DNA of 64,000 nt from a bacterium (GCA_030647655.1 JAUSJH010000003.1:11013-75012); one strand, 5' to 3'. Shown: positions 20,070 to 30,199, numbered from the stretch's first letter. Program-made: numbers and translations. The notes: generated by a model not told the origin, from the letters alone.

Positions 20070-20642
20070 ATGCAAAAAATTATCCTTGCCTCTGTATCGC
20101 CGTGGCGCAAGAAGATATTGTCGACCACCGGCATACCATTCAGCGTGGAGGAAAGCGGGTACAGGGAAAACATGAAACTGAAACTCGCGCCGCGCGTACT
20201 CGCGGGCAGGCTCGCGCTCGGGAAAGCTCAAATGGCTGCAGCACGGTACAAGGATGCGCTTGTTATCGGAGCGGATACATTCGCGGTATTTCGCGGCAAA
20301 CTTTTGGGCAAGCCGAATACTCCGAAGCGTTCCACAGAGATGCTTACGATGTTGAGCGGCAAGACACACACGCTCCTCACCGGATTTGCCATCGTAGATT
20401 CAAAGACTGGCAGACATGTCTCGAAAGCGATCGGGACGCGCGTAACCCTCAGGAGATTATCTGTGCGCGAAATTTCTGAATACGTGGCAACGGGAGAGCC
20501 GCTTAAGGCGGCTGGCGCCTATGCCATTCAAGGGCACGGACGGAAGTTGATACAGAAGCTCGTGGGGGACCCGAACAATGTCGCGGGATTCCCACTTACG
20601 GCAGTTCTGCAAGAGCTAGCAAAATTCGGCGTGGGGGTATAA
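20070..20642 (+). CDS. maf: Maf-family nucleoside triphosphate pyrophosphatase
   Basis: IILAS.SP.R, IGADT, LGKP, LSGKTH, GEP...AGAYAIQG. Confidence 0.92.
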   Translation: MQKIILASVSPWRKKILSTTGIPFSVEESGYRENMKLKLAPRVLAGRLALGKAQMAAARYKDALVIGADTFAVFRGKLLGKPNTPKRSTEMLTMLSGKTHTLLTGFAIVDSKTGRHVSKAIGTRVTLRRLSVREISEYVATGEPLKAAGAYAIQGHGRKLIQKLVGDPNNVAGFPLTAVLQELAKFGVGV

Positions 20643-20654
20643 AGTTTCCCAATC

Positions 20655-21614
20655 ATGGCTCACAAGCTTAAGAAGGTCGTACGCATTGGAGGGGGCAGTG
20701 GCGGTTATACGCTTTTGCGCGGGCTCAAGGCATTTCCACTCGATATCACCGCGGTCTTTACCTCATTCGATTCGGGGGGTTCCGCCGGCGTTTTGCGCGA
20801 TGAATTCGGTATTCTTCCACCTGGCGACGTTCGCCGCGGCCTCTTGGCACTTGCCGATGAGGGACAAGCGGGAATATTACGTGAACTTTTTAATTATCGC
20901 TTTCAGAATGGCAGCAGTTCTCTACACGGACATAGTTTTGGCAATCTATTTCTCGCCGCGCTCGCGAACATCTACGGCGGTGAAATCGAAGGAATCCGTA
21001 AAGCATCCGAACTTCTCAATATAAAAGGTACGGTCTTGCCGGTCTCACTCGACAAATCGCACGTCCACGCGATACTCGAAGATGGCACCGAGATCGTTGG
21101 GGAGACGAATATCGACATCCCGAAACACAATGGCAGCCTTCGCATTAAAAAGATATTTCTCGATCCGCCGGCGCATATCTACAATGAGACCGACAAGGCC
21201 ATTCGCGAGGCGGACACAATCGTGATCGGCCCAGGGGATCTCTACTCATCGCTCGTCCCGACTCTTTGTGTCGATGGCATGAAAGAGGCATTTCGAAAGA
21301 GCAAGGGAAAAAAGATCGCTATTTGCAATTTGATGACCAAATGGGGAGAGACGCATGATTTTGCATGTTCAGACATGATAAAAGAGCTTTTGGAGTATAG
21401 TGGCCTAAAAAAGTTCGATTACGTTATCTGCAATACGCAGACCATGAGCCCAAAACTCGCTGCCGCATACGAACAGGAAAAGAAATTCCCTATGAAATGT
21501 GACGAGTCGCTCGACCAATTCGCAAAGCACGTGATTACGGGGGATTTCTTCTCCGAGGCTGATATTGCGCGCCACGATTCCGAGAAAATCGCTCGAATTA
21601 TCTCGGACCTTTAG
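20655..21614 (+). CDS. YvcK/GlmR (UPF0052) family protein
   Basis: IGGGSG, DSGGS.G.LR, PPGDVR, GHSFGNL, IGPGDLYSS, NLMT..GET, RHD. Confidence 0.9.
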   Translation: MAHKLKKVVRIGGGSGGYTLLRGLKAFPLDITAVFTSFDSGGSAGVLRDEFGILPPGDVRRGLLALADEGQAGILRELFNYRFQNGSSSLHGHSFGNLFLAALANIYGGEIEGIRKASELLNIKGTVLPVSLDKSHVHAILEDGTEIVGETNIDIPKHNGSLRIKKIFLDPPAHIYNETDKAIREADTIVIGPGDLYSSLVPTLCVDGMKEAFRKSKGKKIAICNLMTKWGETHDFACSDMIKELLEYSGLKKFDYVICNTQTMSPKLAAAYEQEKKFPMKCDESLDQFAKHVITGDFFSEADIARHDSEKIARIISDL

Positions 21615-21654
21615 TCCCATTGTTTGATGTGCGGAAACGCCCTATACTAGCGGC

Positions 21655-22119
21655 ATGAACACGCGCGCATGGTGGGGAATTATCAGCATTCTTTTCATTA
21701 TCATCGTTGTTTTGACGTGGGTTCTTTTCGGAACGCCCGCACCGGTCGAGGCACCAACGGTTTCGACAAGTTCACCGCAAGCTACCTCGGACCCGCTCTC
21801 GAAGAGCGTGACCGTCACGTCGCCGAAAGCAAATGCGGCAGTAGAAAAGAAGTTCATCGTCGCTGGTTCTGCGCCGGGGACTTGGTTCTTTGAAGCATCA
21901 TTCCCCGTACAAGTGCGCGACAAGGACAACAATAAGATTGGGCAGGGAGTGGCGCAGGCGCAAGGGGATTGGATGACAACCGACCTTGTCACATTCACGA
22001 CAACCATCACACTTTCCGGAAATTACACCGGACCCGCAACTCTGGTCTTACTTCGCGACAATCCATCAGGACTTCCGGAAAATGATGACTCTGTCTCTAT
22101 TCCGATAACGATACAGTAG
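21655..22119 (+). CDS. Membrane-anchored Gmad2 Ig-like domain protein
   Basis: N-terminal TM; G.A.G.WFFEASFPV; DNPSGL. Confidence 0.8.
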   Translation: MNTRAWWGIISILFIIIVVLTWVLFGTPAPVEAPTVSTSSPQATSDPLSKSVTVTSPKANAAVEKKFIVAGSAPGTWFFEASFPVQVRDKDNNKIGQGVAQAQGDWMTTDLVTFTTTITLSGNYTGPATLVLLRDNPSGLPENDDSVSIPITIQ

Positions 22120-22136
22120 TGGGTCGCTCGACGGAC

Positions 22137-22222
22137 ATTGTCTTTTTCCGTCGCTATCTGCGCGTGCTCGCACAGCGCTCGGTCTCGGCCCCGACGGACC
22201 TGCGAAGCCGGAAAAAGACAAT
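22137..22222. repeat. Multi-hairpin intergenic element, copy 1
   Basis: Outer stem ATTGTCTTTTTCCG/CGGAAAAAGACAAT; core shared with 51163-51254. Confidence 0.85.
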
Positions 22223-22252
22223 ACCCGCACTCGCTGTGATAGCATAGGCCCA

Positions 22253-22915
22253 ATGCAAAAATTCGGAGAAAGACAGAAACGAGCGCGTAGGCTTGTCGCG
22301 TACCTCAAAAAAGCGTATCCCAACCCTAAAACAGAACTCCACTATAAAACACCATTTCAGCTTGTCGTTGCGGTCGTGATGTCGGCGCAATGTACGGACA
22401 AGATTGTGAATCGTGTTACGGAAAAGCTTTTTAGAAAATACAAAAAACCCTCCTGTTTTGCAAATGCAAAGCCGCAGGTATTTGAACGCGAAATATCTTC
22501 AATCCCGTTCTTTAGGAACAAAGCGAAGCACATTATAGCGGCCGCGAAAATCATCTCCGGTGACTTTCGCGGCCGCGTGCCGCACACGGCGAAAGAACTC
22601 CAAACACTTCCCGGCGTCGGATACAAGACCGCGCACGTGATTTTGGGTGAACTATATGACACGTGGGAAGGTATACCGACCGACACGCATGTGAAGCGAT
22701 TTGCTAAGCGTTTTGATCTGACGGACGAGAATGACCTCACCAAAATATCAAAGGATTTGGAGGCGCTAATTCCGAAAAAAGATTGGAAATACGTCAACAA
22801 CGGCCTCGTTCTCCACGGCCGCTATGTCTGCCCCGCCCACCCGCATGATTGCCTCGCGCATCCGCTCACCAAACTCTGGCCCCTGGCCGCAAAGCGCTGG
22901 CCCAAAACCCGCTAG
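22253..22915 (+). CDS. nth: Endonuclease III (HhH-GPD glycosylase)
   Basis: TPFQLVVAV.MSAQCTD..VN, LPGVGYKTA, PTDTHV.R. Confidence 0.9.
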   Translation: MQKFGERQKRARRLVAYLKKAYPNPKTELHYKTPFQLVVAVVMSAQCTDKIVNRVTEKLFRKYKKPSCFANAKPQVFEREISSIPFFRNKAKHIIAAAKIISGDFRGRVPHTAKELQTLPGVGYKTAHVILGELYDTWEGIPTDTHVKRFAKRFDLTDENDLTKISKDLEALIPKKDWKYVNNGLVLHGRYVCPAHPHDCLAHPLTKLWPLAAKRWPKTR

Positions 22916-25113
22916 AGTCCGCGGCGAATCCTACGTGTCGTTTCGACAATGTAATTGAGTTGGTATTTTGCGGTCAGCGGTTTGTCTTGTGCATGCAGGT
23001 ATTCTTCCGCGAAACCGCCAAAACCTTTCTTGAAAAGCGAAAGGCCAGCCCACGGATGCCGAGGTCGGTCATCGGGTGAGATACCCCAGAAATTATAGAG
23101 CGTGCAACCGCGACGTTTCGCTTCCTGTATCACGCGCCACTGTAGAAGATACGAGGCGTTGATGTCCGCAAATTTCTGGAGCGAGCCGCTGTGGTGATAG
23201 AAGGCCTGCCCGTTGTAAAAAATCATGATGGCCGACGTGATGAGCTCGCCCTTGTATGAGCCGAAGAAAAATGTTGCCTCGTTGTTCGCGGCGAACAACT
23301 CGAATTCTTTTCGGAGGTCTTTTTTGCCGAATGCCGTGAAGTGCTGACGCTTGACGGTCTCCTGATAGATGGGCCAGAATTTCTCGATATCCTCCGGATT
23401 GGTGCTTTGTGTGATCTCCACCCCCTCCTTCTCCATCTTTTTGATAAGGTATCGCGTCGTCTTGCGCATCTCTTTGAGGAGAGTTTCTTCGGGCTTCGTG
23501 ATATCGAGCATCCACGATAGTTCCGGATGCATGTGAATGGGCGCGTTGCGGAATCCGAGTTCGTGGTACAGCAGCTTGTTTTCAGGCGAGGGTTTTGCGA
23601 GCGGACAGAAACGGATGAAATCGCATTCTTCGACACGCGCAATACGTGTGGCCTCCCGCGCGATGTGCCGGAGAAGACTCTCCTCGTTTTCGGTTGTACT
23701 TATTGCGGGGCCATGCGGACACAAAAGAAATGAACCGCGGCGGGCATCTATTTTTATGAAAAGCGCCACGGCAACAACATCCTCACCTTTACGCATCGCG
23801 ATGCGGAATATCTTTGACCCCCCTTGCTCATACTGTTCTCCCCAGACCCACGATTGCAAAAAACTGTGCGGCTTTTGTTTTACGAGGAATTTCTCCCATG
23901 CATCTTTATCGGCCGACGTTATCGTGTACGGCGCATCCACATCGGCTTTCAGCCATTCGTTAAGGCTTTGCGCAATAATACGTGCCTGTCCGGCGGACAC
24001 ATTGATATGTGTCGAAAGATTCACGATGCGATTCGAAATATCTTCCGCATGCGGACACTCATTTTTGTAATTCGTATGGTGCAGATATTTCTTGGGCGCC
24101 ACTGGCGCGTCGTACCAAGTGTCCGAGACATACACATATGCTTCTCTGAAATGCTCAATAAGGCGGTCTCTGCCTTGCACGAGAATAGGGAACCGGAGGT
24201 TGGCGGCGTTTTTTAAATCGTAGGTCAGCCGGATGTCTTTATTGAGTTCTCGCGCGTATACCTCGGCGATTTCGCGCCTGTGTGCGGCGGTTTTTTCCAA
24301 TGCCCCATACTGTCGTAGGATATTCGCGCAATACCATCCGGGTAGCACATGGGCTCCACTGCCATTGTTGCTGAATGGTGTCGAAAGAATCCCTAGCGTG
24401 CGCCACATTTGATGGAGAAATTTTCCGATACCCAAGGGATAAAAAGCCCTGATTTTCCAAGTAAGTCTCGGATAGAAGCGATCTTTTAATTGTTTCCCGA
24501 AGGGGATTTTCTTCGTTGGTGGAGAAATTGTCTTGTATTTCTCATTGCGGACGATGAGCGCGCCACCGGAGACTGCATCTACGACTTTGTCTTGGCTGAA
24601 TGAAAGGACCACAAAATCTCCGACAGTCCCAGCTTCACGTCCGTCCGCATAACGCGCGCCGATTGAGTGCGCCAAGTCTTCAATCAGGATAATTCCATGT
24701 TCTTTACAGAAAGCGGCGATAGGTTCGATATCACATGGAATACCAAGCGTATTTTGCACAACGACGGCTTTGATAGAGGAGTTTGAGTCGACTGCAGTAC
24801 GGAACGTTTCGTACGAAAAATCGAGAGAGTTTTCTGCGATGTCGAGATAGTGGACCGAGTGACCGCTTTCTGCTATCGCCTCATAGACAGCAAGACACGT
24901 GAATCCATTCATTGCGACCGCACCTTCGGGGAGCGCCTTAACGGCGAGCGATAGCGCTTCGCGGCCTTTGTAGGTGAGGATTGCGCGCCCTCCGTAGCGC
25001 GTCTCAAGGTATTCTGTCAATTTTCTCTGCGTCTCTTTTCCACCATATGAAAACAATATCTGCCACCCAGAGAGAAACGTGTAGTTCGAACCAAGAGAAT
25101 TGAAGACGTTCAT
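22912..25113 (-). CDS. Fusion of DegT/DnrJ-family PLP aminotransferase and FemABX-family aminoacyltransferase
   Basis: N-half IEDLAHSIGA, GTVGDF..LSF..DK....SGG; C-half FLQSW.WG, MRKTTRY.IK, YLLQW..I.EAK.RG..YNFWG, FKKGFGG. Confidence 0.88.
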   Translation of the reverse strand: MNVFNSLGSNYTFLSGWQILFSYGGKETQRKLTEYLETRYGGRAILTYKGREALSLAVKALPEGAVAMNGFTCLAVYEAIAESGHSVHYLDIAENSLDFSYETFRTAVDSNSSIKAVVVQNTLGIPCDIEPIAAFCKEHGIILIEDLAHSIGARYADGREAGTVGDFVVLSFSQDKVVDAVSGGALIVRNEKYKTISPPTKKIPFGKQLKDRFYPRLTWKIRAFYPLGIGKFLHQMWRTLGILSTPFSNNGSGAHVLPGWYCANILRQYGALEKTAAHRREIAEVYARELNKDIRLTYDLKNAANLRFPILVQGRDRLIEHFREAYVYVSDTWYDAPVAPKKYLHHTNYKNECPHAEDISNRIVNLSTHINVSAGQARIIAQSLNEWLKADVDAPYTITSADKDAWEKFLVKQKPHSFLQSWVWGEQYEQGGSKIFRIAMRKGEDVVAVALFIKIDARRGSFLLCPHGPAISTTENEESLLRHIAREATRIARVEECDFIRFCPLAKPSPENKLLYHELGFRNAPIHMHPELSWMLDITKPEETLLKEMRKTTRYLIKKMEKEGVEITQSTNPEDIEKFWPIYQETVKRQHFTAFGKKDLRKEFELFAANNEATFFFGSYKGELITSAIMIFYNGQAFYHHSGSLQKFADINASYLLQWRVIQEAKRRGCTLYNFWGISPDDRPRHPWAGLSLFKKGFGGFAEEYLHAQDKPLTAKYQLNYIVETTRRIRRGL

Positions 25114-25829
25114 GCTTGTTTTCTGCCGGAGGCGGATACTCCACCGTAGGACAGTTCCTCCATAATGAGATCAGCAAGTTCGCGCGTATGGGTAATATGC
25201 GGCGAGTGGCGAGCCCCTTGTATAACGACCATGCGTGAGCCGCGTATCCCTTTGTGTATCAATTCTCCGTCCGCAAGTGGTGTCGTCGCATCGTTTTCAC
25301 CCCAGATGATGAGGGTGGGACAGTGTATGTTATCCAATACGAGCGAAAGGTCGACGGAAAGAAGATTTGACATCGTTTTTCGCATTTCAGGCGTCGCGCT
25401 CCCATAATCGCTTGCGCGGATCGCTTTGCGGAAAATACTGCGTAAACGTTCGAAACGAATAAGGCGTCCAAGCAGCTCCGCGGATTTCCTGAACGCGTCA
25501 CGTTTCAATTTGCGCAAGCCGCGCGGAGGAATACCGGCACTGTCTTCGAGAATAAGCCGCACGACTTTTTCCGGGTGTTTCGCGGCAAAGGCGAGCGAAA
25601 CGCGGCCACCGTGGGAGTGTCCATAGAGAATGATTTTTTCGTAAGCGGCAGTTTTTTCTTCCAGCCAGTTCACATAGTCATTCAGCGTCCACACCGGATT
25701 CGTGCCGTCCGTGAGGCCGGGAATGAGAAGAAATTCGAAATCAACTCCACGTTCTGTGAGCAAATCAAGAAGTGGCTGCCACGTCTCAGTCTGATATGTC
25801 CAGCCATGAAGGATAAAAATCTTAGTCAT
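25110..25829 (-). CDS. Alpha/beta hydrolase
   Basis: LHGW, GHSHGG nucleophile elbow, PTLIIWG.ND, H.PH. Confidence 0.9.
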   Translation of the reverse strand: MTKIFILHGWTYQTETWQPLLDLLTERGVDFEFLLIPGLTDGTNPVWTLNDYVNWLEEKTAAYEKIILYGHSHGGRVSLAFAAKHPEKVVRLILEDSAGIPPRGLRKLKRDAFRKSAELLGRLIRFERLRSIFRKAIRASDYGSATPEMRKTMSNLLSVDLSLVLDNIHCPTLIIWGENDATTPLADGELIHKGIRGSRMVVIQGARHSPHITHTRELADLIMEELSYGGVSASGRKQA

Positions 25830-27085
25830 AGTCCCCATTGTGCTCGGCGCTTCTGCCACACCGCTTCGCGGCGGCACAATTTTGCGACATCTCTTTTGTC
25901 CAAGAGTAGATGTTCAATAATACCTTCCAAAAAGCGTGCGCCCTTGAATACAAGCGTTTCTCGGCCGTTAAGAGATGACTGCAAATACTGGAGTGCATCC
26001 TTCGGGTTGATGAACGAAATGACGTCCTTCGATTGTTTGAGAAGCGGGAGCGTGTGTGCAGCGAGTCGCGGCCCGACGAGTATGAGCTTTTGAAAGCCGC
26101 TACCCTGCAGAAGTCGCGCAAGCTTTTCATGCTCTTCTTTTTCGAGACCACCTTGCTCGGTAAGATCGCCGAGGATGAGCCATTTGGAAGTGCCGGGCAA
26201 CCCTTCTGACATACCGATAATGACTCTCACTGAATCGGCATTCGTGTTGTAGCTTCCGTCGATGATGGTTGTGTCGCGTATGCCTCTGAATATCGAGCTT
26301 CTACCGGGGGGCAAAGTGAACGCCGAAAAATCAATCGTTGGCCGTATGCCTAAGTACTCGGCGATTTTGACCGAAGCCGCAATTGCGTAAAATGTTTCTT
26401 TTGGGAGCAAAAAGGGAATTCGGTATGTTGCTCCGCGTATTTTGAAAACAGTCCCATCGTTGCGGACTTCGTAGCCCTCGAGCTCCGTCTCTTTGACCTC
26501 GTGCACTTTAGCCTTCGTGCGGCGCATCTGTTTCATTATGAGCGGATTATCGGCGTTCATGATAACGAGCGAAGACGCACACCCCGTGAAATATCCGAAC
26601 TCATGTGAGATGGCTTCGTCCACGCTCGCAAACTTTCCGGCTCGTACGGATTTTTCGAAATTCTGGCTGTGCGTTCTCGCGGAGCTTAACCACACAACCA
26701 CTTCTGGGCGCAAGAGCGAGCTAAGAAATTGCCCCTCTCTCGGCCGGTCGCAATCCGCTTCCACGATGTATATTTTCTCTGCATATGGTTTTCTCCATGC
26801 AGAGATCGGCGCGAGGAGAAAAAGCCGTGTCCATTCGAGAGGCGAATAGGTGAGGCGTTTGAGGCCCAAGATATCGAACGGGATGCCGAATGAGCTATTG
26901 GCGCCGTGCGAGTATTTAGCGGTTTTGCCAAGCTGTGCTTCGACGAGGTGCAGGGCCGTGGTTTTACCGTTGGACCCAGTGATAACGACGATGCGCGGTT
27001 TCCAGCGTGCAAGGCGGATTGCCGCGAAGAGCCTGAAGTACCAGGCAACGAGGAAATACAGTCTATTTTTTATGCTACGCACCAT
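25826..27085 (-). CDS. murF: Mur ligase family protein (MurF-like)
   Basis: ITGSNGKTT, N.D, PGR, IIDGSYN, LILGDL.E.G, KGAR. Confidence 0.75.
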   Translation of the reverse strand: MVRSIKNRLYFLVAWYFRLFAAIRLARWKPRIVVITGSNGKTTALHLVEAQLGKTAKYSHGANSSFGIPFDILGLKRLTYSPLEWTRLFLLAPISAWRKPYAEKIYIVEADCDRPREGQFLSSLLRPEVVVWLSSARTHSQNFEKSVRAGKFASVDEAISHEFGYFTGCASSLVIMNADNPLIMKQMRRTKAKVHEVKETELEGYEVRNDGTVFKIRGATYRIPFLLPKETFYAIAASVKIAEYLGIRPTIDFSAFTLPPGRSSIFRGIRDTTIIDGSYNTNADSVRVIIGMSEGLPGTSKWLILGDLTEQGGLEKEEHEKLARLLQGSGFQKLILVGPRLAAHTLPLLKQSKDVISFINPKDALQYLQSSLNGRETLVFKGARFLEGIIEHLLLDKRDVAKLCRREAVWQKRRAQWGL

Positions 27086-27182
27086 TAGGCCAAGAATACT
27101 AGATTCGGCGGCATTTGGATACTCGATTCAACAGAATCGCCTACTGGGTTGCTGCCTTTCTGCGTGGCGGTAGTATGTGCGA

Positions 27183-27875
27183 ATGAGTGAAAAGCGCAAG
27201 GTGGCGATATTCGATGTAGACGGAACCATTTTCCGCTCCAGCCTCCTCATACAAGTCGTGAATCGGCTTATTGAGAAAGATGTGTTCCCGGCCTCGACGC
27301 GACGGGTATACGAGCGCGAGTATGAACGCTGGCTTAATCGCGAGGGGGATTATGAGGAATACATCGGCGCGGTGGTGAAAGCGTTCGTCAGGCACCTCAA
27401 AGGTGTACATTACAGCGCCCTGGCGGATGCGGCCGAGGAGATCGTCGCCGAACAGCGGAAGCGCGTGTATCGCTATACGCGTGATCTTCTGAAGGACCTC
27501 AAGAAACGCGGATATTTCTTGCTCGCGGTGTCGCACTCGCCGAAGACCGTTCTCGACAAATTCTGCCCGAGGCTGGGATTCGATAAGACCTACGGCATGA
27601 TATACGAGATCGGCCCGACGGAATGTTTTACGGGGAATGTAATAGAAGAACATCTTATTCTCAACAAATCTGCCATAGTGCGCCGCGCAATGGAAAAAGA
27701 GAATCTCACACTCACACACTCAATTGGCGTGGGGGACACAGAGACGGACATTCCATTTCTCGAGATGGTCGCTAAACCTATCTGCTTCAATCCAAATGCG
27801 AAATTGTATCGATACGCGAAGCGGATGAAGTGGGACGTTGTTGTAGAGCGAAAAGACGTCGTCTATGAACTCTAG
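27183..27875 (+). CDS. HAD-IB family hydrolase (SerB-like)
   Basis: FDVDGT, VS.SP, GVGDTETD..FL. Confidence 0.88.
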   Translation: MSEKRKVAIFDVDGTIFRSSLLIQVVNRLIEKDVFPASTRRVYEREYERWLNREGDYEEYIGAVVKAFVRHLKGVHYSALADAAEEIVAEQRKRVYRYTRDLLKDLKKRGYFLLAVSHSPKTVLDKFCPRLGFDKTYGMIYEIGPTECFTGNVIEEHLILNKSAIVRRAMEKENLTLTHSIGVGDTETDIPFLEMVAKPICFNPNAKLYRYAKRMKWDVVVERKDVVYEL

Positions 27876-27994
27876 TCAACTCTGTCAAAGAACTATGTTC
27901 TAATTCGCGCGAATAAGCATATAGTTGGAAAAGCGCTCGCAAGGCTCGCGCGCGATAGACTTATCGTGAAAGAAAAAGGAAAGTGGCGGATTGC

Positions 27995-28255
27995 TTAACG
28001 AGCCCAAGCCAAAGCGTATGCAATGAAGATAATTCCCGCTAGAGTGATAAAGAGAATGTTGAATTTTATGTCTGTCTCTTCTTTCCAAACAGACATTTTT
28101 AACATCGTCTTACTAATCAAATCATCATGTCCTCCAAACAACTGTTGATTTATCTTATTAACGGATCGACTGTAGTATCTATTCATTTTTTTCGCGAGTT
28201 CTCGACGCCATAAAATTAAGCCTATTCCCAACATCAAGAATACAAATGAGAGCAT
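27995..28255 (-). CDS. AT-rich small two-TM protein
   Basis: TMs at both ends; visibly lower GC than its neighbours. Confidence 0.55.
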   Translation of the reverse strand: MLSFVFLMLGIGLILWRRELAKKMNRYYSRSVNKINQQLFGGHDDLISKTMLKMSVWKEETDIKFNILFITLAGIIFIAYALAWAR

Positions 28256-28267
28256 AACAGCAGAAAT

Positions 28268-30199
28268 TTATACGCTGACGATAACTGGAATCACAATCGG
28301 CCTCTTCATTGTCCTCTGGAGCAAGAAACGGGCGACGGAATCGGCGAGGTCTTCACGTGCGGCGTCGAGGTCAGCCGCGCGCGGGTTACGGAGCGAGGTT
28401 TCAACTGATTTGCGGATGATGAGGCGCGTCTGGTCCATCAATTCTTTGTTGTCGCGCAGGTAGACGAATCCGCGCGAAATGATGTCGGGGGATTTGTGAA
28501 GTTTACCAGTGCGGCGGTCTATCGTCGCGACGACGACGCAGAATCCCTCCTGCCCGAGTGCCTTGCGGTCGCGCATCAACACATCAGAAAGCTCCGACAC
28601 GGTCTGGCCTTCGACGACACGCAACTCTGCCGGCGCTTTCATAACATGCTTCGAGATCTTTTCGCCGTTCTTGATATCGATGATAGAGCTGTTGTCGGGG
28701 ATGATGACGTTGTCCGGCTTGACCCCCATTTCAACGGCGAGGTCGGCATGTACGCGGAGCATGTAGTGATAGCCGTGTACGGGGACGAAAAATTTCGGCT
28801 TGATCTGCTTGTGTATCCATGCGGCTTCTTCGCGGTTGCCATGGCCCGAAGCGTGCACGTCAGAAGCGTGGTAGGTGATGATGTGGGCGCCTTGACGCGA
28901 GAGGTTGTCTTTGAGCTTTTGCACAGCACGCTCGTTACCCGGAATTACGGACGAAGAAAGCACGATGGTATCGGTCGGCTGGAGGCGGATGTATTTATGC
29001 GATTTATTGCCGATGCGCGCGAGCGAGGCGAATTCATCGCCCTGTGCGCCGGTTGCTAGGATTATCATTCTCTCCGGCGGATATTGTCCCATATTCTCGA
29101 CGGCGATGACGGTGTCGTCTTTGTATTTGATGAGGCCGAGCTCGCGCGCAATCTCAATGTTGGTACGCATACTTCTCCCGTCGATAACGATTTTTTTGCC
29201 GTATTGCTCGGCGAAATGAACGACGCGGATGAGACGCTCCAAGTGGGACGCGAACATCGCGATAACGAGCCTGCCCTTCGAATCTTTGATGATGGCATCG
29301 AGCGTGCGATACACAGTGGATTCCGGAATGGAGAAACCCGGTTGCCAGACGTTCGTGCTGTCCATGAGGAGTGCCAAGACTTTGCGGTCTTTAAAGACAC
29401 CGAACTCCCGCTTCTCCTCGTCCGATGGCTCACCGTCAAGATGATTTAACTTGATATCGCCCGTGAAAACTACATCGCCCCACGGCGTCTCAATAATGAT
29501 GCCCATCGAATCCGGTACGGTGTGCGTAACGCCGAAAAAGCGAATGGTTGCATTTCCAAGCTTTATCACCTCATCTTTCTCGACCTCGCGGATTACGACC
29601 GGCTGGGCCGAAGCGAATTCCTCCTGCCGTTTCTGAATCATTTTGCCAGTGAGTTTGCGCGTATAGATAGTGGGGTTCCCGATGCGATCGATGATGTAGG
29701 GAATACCGCCGATGTGATCGAGGTGGCCGTGCGAGATGATGATTCCACGGATCTTATCGCGGCGCTCTTCGAGGTAGCCGGTGTTGGGCAGAATATAATC
29801 GATGCCCGGCGTGTCTTCCTCGGAGAATGCGAAACCGCAATCGAGGATAAAAATGTCGCCGCGGAATTCGACGGCGGTCATGTTGCGTCCTATCTCTTCG
29901 ACACCGCCAAGGGGAATGATGCGGACCGTATCGTCGGCTGGCGGCGGGATCGTCGCGACGCTTTGTTTGCGGGCTGAAGGCGCTTGATGCTCGACGCGGG
30001 ATTTTCCGCGGCGCGGTGGATGATTCGGACGGCCGCCGCGGCTCGAAAAGTGCCGTACCCTGCCGGAGCCTCCGCGACCCTGCCCGGGCCTTGAGGCTGG
30101 GCGAGGAGATCGGGAAGGACGACCTCCCGAGCGCGCTGAATGATGAGATCCTGACGAGGAGCCGGAACCTCCGGCCTGATGAGATGGTTGTGGTTCCAT
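28268..30199 (-). CDS. rnj: Ribonuclease J
   Basis: PLGGVEEIGRNM, SHGHLDHIGG, DSTN, TG.QG.E, HASGH, PVHG; Gly/Ser/Arg-rich N-terminal extension. Confidence 0.95.
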   Translation of the reverse strand: MEPQPSHQAGGSGSSSGSHHSARSGGRPSRSPRPASRPGQGRGGSGRVRHFSSRGGRPNHPPRRGKSRVEHQAPSARKQSVATIPPPADDTVRIIPLGGVEEIGRNMTAVEFRGDIFILDCGFAFSEEDTPGIDYILPNTGYLEERRDKIRGIIISHGHLDHIGGIPYIIDRIGNPTIYTRKLTGKMIQKRQEEFASAQPVVIREVEKDEVIKLGNATIRFFGVTHTVPDSMGIIIETPWGDVVFTGDIKLNHLDGEPSDEEKREFGVFKDRKVLALLMDSTNVWQPGFSIPESTVYRTLDAIIKDSKGRLVIAMFASHLERLIRVVHFAEQYGKKIVIDGRSMRTNIEIARELGLIKYKDDTVIAVENMGQYPPERMIILATGAQGDEFASLARIGNKSHKYIRLQPTDTIVLSSSVIPGNERAVQKLKDNLSRQGAHIITYHASDVHASGHGNREEAAWIHKQIKPKFFVPVHGYHYMLRVHADLAVEMGVKPDNVIIPDNSSIIDIKNGEKISKHVMKAPAELRVVEGQTVSELSDVLMRDRKALGQEGFCVVVATIDRRTGKLHKSPDIISRGFVYLRDNKELMDQTRLIIRKSVETSLRNPRAADLDAAREDLADSVARFLLQRTMKRPIVIPVIVSV

